A stretch of 36,879 nt of DNA from a virus: the IMG/VR virus record IMGVR_UViG_3300045988_121423, positions 1-36,879 of that record, one strand, 5' to 3'. A model generated the notes under the pieces. The model saw only the letters and a program-made list of their open reading frames with translations, had not been told where the DNA came from and did no database searches. The position numbers were made by a program, and so were the translations under genes. This document shows positions 32,635-36,879 of the stretch, piece by piece (within the stretch, counting starts at the first letter, position 1; each line of letters opens with the position of its first letter).

Positions 32635-32832
32635 CTATTCCTCCTCTTCCAGCAGCTGCTCCATGGTCACGCCCAGCACCTCGGCCAGCTTCCTCAGCTT
32701 CGGCACGCTGGCCACGGTGCACCCGCGCTCCCAGCTGCTGACCATGGCCACGCTCGAAGCGCCCACGGCCACCGCCAGCTGCATCTGGGTCATGCCCAGC
32801 GCCTTGCGGCGCTCCTTCATCAGCTTCCCGTT
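32635..32832 (-). CDS. Cro-like XRE-family HTH regulator (66 aa)
   Basis: Translation is ...MKERRKALGMTQMQLAVAVGASSVAMVSSWERGCTVASVPKLRKLAEVLGVTMEQLL. It has a GTG start and lies in the first operon leftward of the divergent promoter region. Confidence 0.7.
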   Translation of the reverse strand, partial: NGKLMKERRKALGMTQMQLAVAVGASSVAMVSSWERGCTVASVPKLRKLAEVLGVTMEQLLEEEE

Positions 32833-32834
32833 CA

Positions 32835-33167
32835 CTACTCCTCTTCCTCCTTCTTCTCGTCGTACTGCGGGGCCTCGGCCAGGGTGTCGAAGTCGGTGCT
32901 CCACCCCTTGCCCGCCACGCTGAACTGCAGCGAGTCGCACAGGTTGAACTGCACGCCGCCCACCTCGAACATCGTGCGCATGGAGCACTCCAGCGGCACG
33001 ATGCGCTCGAAATCGAAGCCGAACATGGCGGCGGCGCGGCAGCAGATGCTCTCCTTGGTCTCCTCCATGCATCCGTTCTCGGCCATCTCGAACGCGAACG
33101 CCTCGTTTGTCGGGCTGTCCACGTGGCACTCGTTCACCATCGCCACCCAGTAGCTGTTCCTCGTCAT
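32835..33167 (-). CDS. Hypothetical protein (110 aa); the first gene of the leftward early operon
   Basis: A strong RBS (aaaggagaaggcaATG) precedes it. The product begins MTRNSYWVAMVNECHV.... The annotated 145-aa ORF extends upstream into the AT-rich promoter region, so the internal Met is preferred as the start. Confidence 0.5.
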   Translation of the reverse strand: MTRNSYWVAMVNECHVDSPTNEAFAFEMAENGCMEETKESICCRAAAMFGFDFERIVPLECSMRTMFEVGGVQFNLCDSLQFSVAGKGWSTDFDTLAEAPQYDEKKEEEE

Positions 33168-33319
33168 TGCCTTCTCCTTTCGGTGGGTGCCAAACGTGTA
33201 CTTATTTGCCGTTTGTCGGGTGTCTGGCACGTGATAAATAGTAAACACTACTTGCACACTAGTCAAGCACAAATTACAAAATTATAATTACGTGTTGTGT
33301 ACTAGGCGGATTAACGGGG
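33168..33319. promoter_or_regulatory. AT-rich divergent promoter/operator region between the leftward early operon and the rightward repressor-integrase operon
   Basis: There is a perfect TATAAT at about 33275 with TAGTCA 17 nt upstream, reading rightward. Repeated ACGTGT / CACGTG / GTGTACT motifs occur at aaacgtgtact, ggcacgtgata and ttacgtgttgtgtact. Confidence 0.5.
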
Positions 33320-33724
33320 GTGAGTGCGTTGCTGTATGAGTTGAAAAGCATCAGGAAACGCTCAGGCTTGAAACAGGAACAGGCAGCGGAACAACTTCAC
33401 GTGCCGTTGGGTACGTACAGGAATTGGGAGCAGTGCAAAAACGCGCCGAAAAGCGCTACGGAGTTAAAGCGCGTAGCTGACTTCTTCGGCGTTTCGGTCA
33501 CTGATCTGTTCGGAGATGACTTGGCCGAGCCTGGCGCGATTGCCCAGGCGATGGGAATACCGGACGAGCCGACTCAGCCGCAGCAGGTTATTCGAGTGGT
33601 CGACAAACGCCTACAGAACATCGAGGACGCCTACGACTCCATGAACGAGAACGGGCGCCACATACTGCACAGCGTGGCCACGTCGCTGGCGAAGGACCCC
33701 GCGAACGCGGCGGAGGAGGGCTAG
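33320..33724 (+). CDS. XRE-family HTH transcriptional regulator; candidate CI-like repressor
   Basis: The HTH is LKQEQAAEQLHVPLGTYRNWEQCKNAPKSATELKRVADFFGVSVTDL. The product is 134 aa with a C-terminal domain. The gene is co-oriented with and 3 nt upstream of the integrase gene. GTG start. Confidence 0.75.
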   Translation: MSALLYELKSIRKRSGLKQEQAAEQLHVPLGTYRNWEQCKNAPKSATELKRVADFFGVSVTDLFGDDLAEPGAIAQAMGIPDEPTQPQQVIRVVDKRLQNIEDAYDSMNENGRHILHSVATSLAKDPANAAEEG

Positions 33725-33726
33725 CC

Positions 33727-35238
33727 GTGGCCAACGCCGTCATATACGCCAGGTACAGCAGCGCGGGCCAGCGCGAGGAGTCCATCGAGGACCAGGTGCG
33801 TGTGTGCCGCCAGGCCGCCGAGCGCGACGGCGCCGCCATCGCCCGCGTGTACCACGACGCCGCCACAACGGGGCGCACCGCCGAGGGCCGCGACGGCTTT
33901 TTGCGCATGGTCGCCGACGCGCGCCGCGGCCTGTTCGACGTCGTGTACGTGTACAAGCTGGACCGCTTCGCGCGAAACCGCTACGACGCGGCCGTGTACA
34001 AGGCCAAACTGCGCCGCTGCGGCGTGGAGCTGCGCAGCGCCACGGAGGCTGTCGGCGACGGCCCCGAGTCCATCCTGCTGGAGTCGATGCTTGAGGGCCT
34101 GGCCGAGTACTACAGCGTGGCCCTGGCGGAGAACGTCAAGCGCGGCCAGCTGGGCAACGCCATGAAGTGCAAGCACAACGGTGTGCGCACGTACGGCTAC
34201 GACCTCGGCGAGGACGGCTACTACCACGTGAACGAGGAGGAGGCCGCCGTGGTGCGCCGCATGTTCCGCATGTACGCGGACGGCGCGAGCATGCCCGAGA
34301 TAGCGGCGGCCATGCCGGAGGCGCGCACGAAGATGGGCAAGCCGCTGTCCGTCGGGTTCATCAGCAAGAGCCTGCGCCTGGAGAAGTACCGGGGCGTGTA
34401 CAGCTACGGGCAGACGCGCGTGGAGGGCGGAATGCCCGCCATAGTCGACGGCGAGCTGTTCGAGGGCGTGCAGGGGATGCTCGCCGCCCGCGCGAGGAGG
34501 AGGCGCAGCACCATGGAGTATCTGCTTTCAGGCAAGCTGTTCGACGCGGAGGGCCACCGCTACCAGTCCAGCAGCGGCCACGGGAAGTCCGGCAGGAAAT
34601 ACACGTATTACCGCTGCCCGGCGACGGGCCACCAGGTGCCGCAGCACGTGCTGGAGGACGCCGTGGCCAAGGCCGCCGCCGACGTGATCGCCGCGGACGA
34701 CGACGCGGTGGAGGCCATCGTGGCCATGGTGATGGCCGCGCAGGCCGAGGAGATGGCCGACTCCATCGCCGCCGCGGACGCGACGCGCAAGCGGCTGGAG
34801 CAGAACGCGCGCGAGCAGTCGCGCGTGGTCGACCTCGCGGCCAAGACGGGGGCCGTCGACGCGGTGGCCGCCAAGCTCGGGCAGCTGGCCGACGAGAGGG
34901 AGGAGCTTGAGGCGTCGCTCGCGGAGATGGAGCTGTCGTGCGCCATGGTCGACGAGGAGCGGGCGGAGTTCTGGGTGCGCAGGCTCATGGGCCGCTCCGA
35001 CCCGCTGGAGGCCGTGCGCCTGTTCGTGGACCGCGTCGTGCTCGACAGGGAGGCGGGGGAGATGCGCGTCGCGTTCTCGTTCGACGGCATAAAAAAGAAC
35101 CCCCACCAGGCTGAATCTGATGGGGGTTCGCGTAACTGTCGACTGGCGGGGCACTCGCTACTTATAGCGAACACCATGGTGCACGTCACGGCCTGGGGTT
35201 TCGTCGCGGCGGTGCGCCTGCCTATGCTTGGGGCATGA
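33727..35238 (+). CDS. Large serine recombinase (phage integrase)
   Basis: The resolvase catalytic N-terminus is VIYARYSSAGQ...SIEDQ. It is followed by a recombinase domain, a zinc ribbon (YYRCPATGHQVPQH) and a coiled-coil. The last 50 codons have low GC3 and overlap palindromes, so the true C-terminus is uncertain. Confidence 0.9.
   Translation: MANAVIYARYSSAGQREESIEDQVRVCRQAAERDGAAIARVYHDAATTGRTAEGRDGFLRMVADARRGLFDVVYVYKLDRFARNRYDAAVYKAKLRRCGVELRSATEAVGDGPESILLESMLEGLAEYYSVALAENVKRGQLGNAMKCKHNGVRTYGYDLGEDGYYHVNEEEAAVVRRMFRMYADGASMPEIAAAMPEARTKMGKPLSVGFISKSLRLEKYRGVYSYGQTRVEGGMPAIVDGELFEGVQGMLAARARRRRSTMEYLLSGKLFDAEGHRYQSSSGHGKSGRKYTYYRCPATGHQVPQHVLEDAVAKAAADVIAADDDAVEAIVAMVMAAQAEEMADSIAAADATRKRLEQNAREQSRVVDLAAKTGAVDAVAAKLGQLADEREELEASLAEMELSCAMVDEERAEFWVRRLMGRSDPLEAVRLFVDRVVLDREAGEMRVAFSFDGIKKNPHQAESDGGSRNCRLAGHSLLIANTMVHVTAWGFVAAVRLPMLGA
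35091..35130 (-). terminator. Rho-independent terminator for the leftward lysis operon, lying inside the integrase 3' region
   Basis: On the minus strand the sequence is gaaccccca-tcagattcagcctgg-tgggggttc followed by TTTTTTAT. Confidence 0.65.
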
Positions 35239-35533
35239 TCTCCTGCTCGCCGTCCTCGTCCATGTACGGCATGAGGAACACGCCGCCCTGCTCGGTGGTA
35301 AGCAGCAGGTACTCGCGGTTGTGCTCGTCGCACACGATTTCCTGGCCGATGCCCTCGGGCAGGTCGTATATGGGGCCGTCCGTGCGGGCTTGCCTCACGG
35401 TCACGTCTTGCGCTCCCATGGCCTGCGACGCGCAGCTGGCGGCGGCCGGGACGATGAACAGCAGGACGACCGCCGCGAGGATGGGGCCGCACCCGCCGTT
35501 GCGCTCCTCGTCTGCGGGGCTCGGGTACGGCAT
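35222..35533 (-). CDS. Small secreted or membrane-anchored protein (103 aa), possibly a lipoprotein; moron-like
   Basis: The signal/TM segment is GCGPILAAVVLLFIVPAAASCASQA. The ORF has high GC3. It starts 4 nt after the endolysin stop and is the last gene before the int-proximal terminator. Confidence 0.5.
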   Translation of the reverse strand: MPYPSPADEERNGGCGPILAAVVLLFIVPAAASCASQAMGAQDVTVRQARTDGPIYDLPEGIGQEIVCDEHNREYLLLTTEQGGVFLMPYMDEDGEQEIMPQA

Positions 35534-35536
35534 GGC

Positions 35537-36349
35537 CTATCCCACCTTCACCAGATAGTCGTCGGCCTCTGGCTTGCCCGTGGCCTTGCCCACGGCGATG
35601 TAGCGCGTTGCGCCGCTGTAGCCCGTGTATCGGCCCCACACGTAGCCGTCGGCGATCTTGTACCAGTTATCCAGCGTCACGGTCTCGCCGCTGGAATAGT
35701 GCGCCACCTCGGTGCCGCCCAGGCCGGGGGCGTCGCGCACGCGCAGGTAGTCCACAGTGCAGCGGTAGGTGCCGCCGAAGTTCTCGGTCGTTTCCTGCTG
35801 CGCAGGCTGCGGCTGCGGGACGGCTGCGGGGGCGCTTCCAGCAGTGATGCCGAAGCATTCCAGGTAGATGCGCGCCAGCTCGTCCAGGTTGCCGTTGAAC
35901 TTCTCGCGGTCGCCGTCGTTGTCGATAAAGCCGTTCTCGCACAGGCGGTAGTTGATGCCGCGCGCGGCGGCTCGGTTCGGGTTCGCGAGGTCGGAACGGC
36001 GCACCAGCTTCTCGGAGCGCCCGGGCATGAACGCCGCCAGCTTGTCGGCCAGCGCATTGTCGTACTCGTCAGGCTCGAAGCCCTCCTTGATGATGACGTG
36101 CGCGCCGTGGGCCGTGGCGATGCCGCTGGCGTCCATGTGCAGCTCCACCACTGGCGCGTCGGTGCTCAGGCGGTTAAGCCCGCCGTCGGCGTACCAGTTG
36201 CGGGACGTATCGCCCAGCTCGACCTCGGAACCGCCCAGTTCCTTGATTCGCTGGCCCAGGGCGCGAACGCGCTCGGCCTCGGTGCAGCCGCCTGCGCAGC
36301 AGCCGGGGTCGCCAGCGCCGTGGCCGCAGATGATGAACAGTTTAGCCAT
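35537..36349 (-). CDS. Endolysin: N-acetylmuramoyl-L-alanine amidase (Amidase_3) with a C-terminal SH3b cell-wall-binding domain
   Basis: The N-terminus MAKLFIICGHGAGDPG matches the Amidase_3 GHGG.DPGA motif. The C-terminus ...DYLRVRDAPGLGGTEVAHYSSGETVTLDNWYKIADGYVWGRY is SH3_3/5-like. Confidence 0.85.
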   Translation of the reverse strand: MAKLFIICGHGAGDPGCCAGGCTEAERVRALGQRIKELGGSEVELGDTSRNWYADGGLNRLSTDAPVVELHMDASGIATAHGAHVIIKEGFEPDEYDNALADKLAAFMPGRSEKLVRRSDLANPNRAAARGINYRLCENGFIDNDGDREKFNGNLDELARIYLECFGITAGSAPAAVPQPQPAQQETTENFGGTYRCTVDYLRVRDAPGLGGTEVAHYSSGETVTLDNWYKIADGYVWGRYTGYSGATRYIAVGKATGKPEADDYLVKVG

Positions 36350-36352
36350 TGC

Positions 36353-36658
36353 CTACTCCTTCCCGCCTACGGTCACGCCCAGCAGGGCGTCGAGCCACTT
36401 GGATGTGATGCCTACCGACTTGAACAGCGTGTAGGCCGCCTGCACGCCGCCTACCACGGCGAAGGCGCACGTGACCCATGCGCCCGGGTCTGCGGGCACG
36501 CCGCCCACGAAGCCGGTCACGACGCCCGCCAGGAGCGAGCAGCCCAGCGCCAGGATGCGCGCGGCCTTGCCGGTCATGGCCTCGGTCTTGATCAGCTGCA
36601 CCGCGAACGGCACGGCGAAAGACAGCACGATGGCCGCCCCGGCTTGCATGATTGTCAT
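36353..36658 (-). CDS. Holin
   Basis: The product is 101 aa with 2-3 TM segments (AAIVLSFAVPFAVQLI, ILALGCSLLAGVVTGFVGGV and WVTCAFAVVGGVQAAYTLF). It has an RBS (aaaggagagaatcATG) and lies immediately upstream of the endolysin gene. Confidence 0.8.
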   Translation of the reverse strand: MTIMQAGAAIVLSFAVPFAVQLIKTEAMTGKAARILALGCSLLAGVVTGFVGGVPADPGAWVTCAFAVVGGVQAAYTLFKSVGITSKWLDALLGVTVGGKE

Positions 36659-36669
36659 GATTCTCTCCT

Positions 36670-36876
36670 TTAGTTGCTTGTTTCCTTGTCGTACAGCAGG
36701 TCAACGCGGTCGGCGATGTGGTCGACCTTCGCCGCCATGCCCTGGCTGCGCGCCTGGCTGTTCGCCAGGTCGGCGTGCAGCACCTCGTTGGAGGTCACGA
36801 CGGACTCCATGAGCGCCTTCATGGCCTCCATCAGCGCGTTGCTGCGCTCCATTTGCGCGGCGATGCGGCCCTCCAT
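36670..36876 (-). CDS. C-terminal part of the junction-spanning membrane-anchored coiled-coil protein. It is the same gene as 1..259, and 36825..36876 duplicates 1..52.
   Basis: Translation is MEGRIAAQMERSNALMEAMKALMESVVTSNEVLHADLANSQARSQGMAAKVDHIADRVDLLYDKETSN*. It is in-frame with the N-terminal part at the window start. Confidence 0.55.
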   Translation of the reverse strand: MEGRIAAQMERSNALMEAMKALMESVVTSNEVLHADLANSQARSQGMAAKVDHIADRVDLLYDKETSN

Positions 36877-36879
36877 CTG
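36825..36879. repeat. 55-bp terminal direct repeat identical to positions 1..55. It is either a circular-assembly overlap or a genuine terminal redundancy.
   Basis: There is an exact match of cctccatcagcgcgttgctgcgctccatttgcgcggcgatgcggccctccatctg at both window ends. A single ORF reads through the junction. Confidence 0.9.

Noticed and set aside
32192-32722. A 176-aa ORF spanning two small genes
   Set aside because: High GC3 switches frame at about 32431. Upstream of that point the other frame, the 63-aa ORF, carries the coding signal. I therefore split the region into the 63-aa gene and a 79-aa membrane protein.
36825-36879. The terminal 55-bp repeat as a mobile-element inverted repeat or direct repeat, or as an att site
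   Set aside because: It is an exact duplicate in direct orientation at the two physical ends of the window, and a single coherent ORF reads through it. This is the signature of circular assembly overlap.

Overview
This window appears to be a complete, circularly assembled phage genome. The first 55 nt are identical to the last 55 nt, giving a unit length of about 36.8 kb. The genome is high-GC, with strong AGGAGG-type ribosome-binding sites and very high GC3 in real genes, which suggests an Actinobacteria-type host. It reads as a temperate siphovirus.

Nearly every gene is on the minus strand and is transcribed from high to low coordinates. From about 33.2 kb downward the order is:
- An early lytic and replication module: a Cro-like HTH, small proteins, a RuvC-like resolvase, ParB, an SbcC/RecF-like ATPase, a Sak4-like AAA_24 ATPase, an SSB-like protein, an SF2 DEAD-box helicase and a primase-polymerase/helicase.
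- A structured ori-like intergenic region, followed by three small zinc-ribbon and hypothetical ORFs and one small membrane-peptide ORF.
- The packaging and head module: a fused small+large terminase, a phage Dam-like N6-adenine methyltransferase, the portal, a MuF/gp7-like minor head protein, scaffold and major capsid.
- The neck, major tail protein, G/T chaperones, tape measure, a Dit-like protein, a Tal-like protein and a BppU-like protein.
- A receptor-binding protein with an FGE/C-type-lectin fold at its C-terminus.
- A diversity-generating retroelement (DGR) reverse transcriptase, about 180 bp downstream of the receptor-binding gene.
- A lysis cassette: an XkdX-like protein, a membrane-anchored coiled-coil protein, a holin, an Amidase_3+SH3b endolysin and a small secreted protein.

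The only plus-strand genes form a lysogeny module: an XRE-family repressor followed by a large serine integrase, at 33.3–35.2 kb.

The most interesting item is the phage DGR. The RT is clear, and the likely target is the tail-fibre receptor-binding protein. I could not locate a template repeat (TR) and variable repeat (VR) pair by eye.

Other observations are listed under findings. They include a candidate cell-wall hydrolase or toxin domain lying in-frame behind the MuF protein but interrupted by two stop codons, in-frame tandem repeats in the methyltransferase and scaffold genes, and a +1 frame offset in the tail chaperone pair. There is also a candidate attP and terminator region inside the 3' tail of the integrase ORF.

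Coordinates of non-ORF features are approximate (about ±3 nt).
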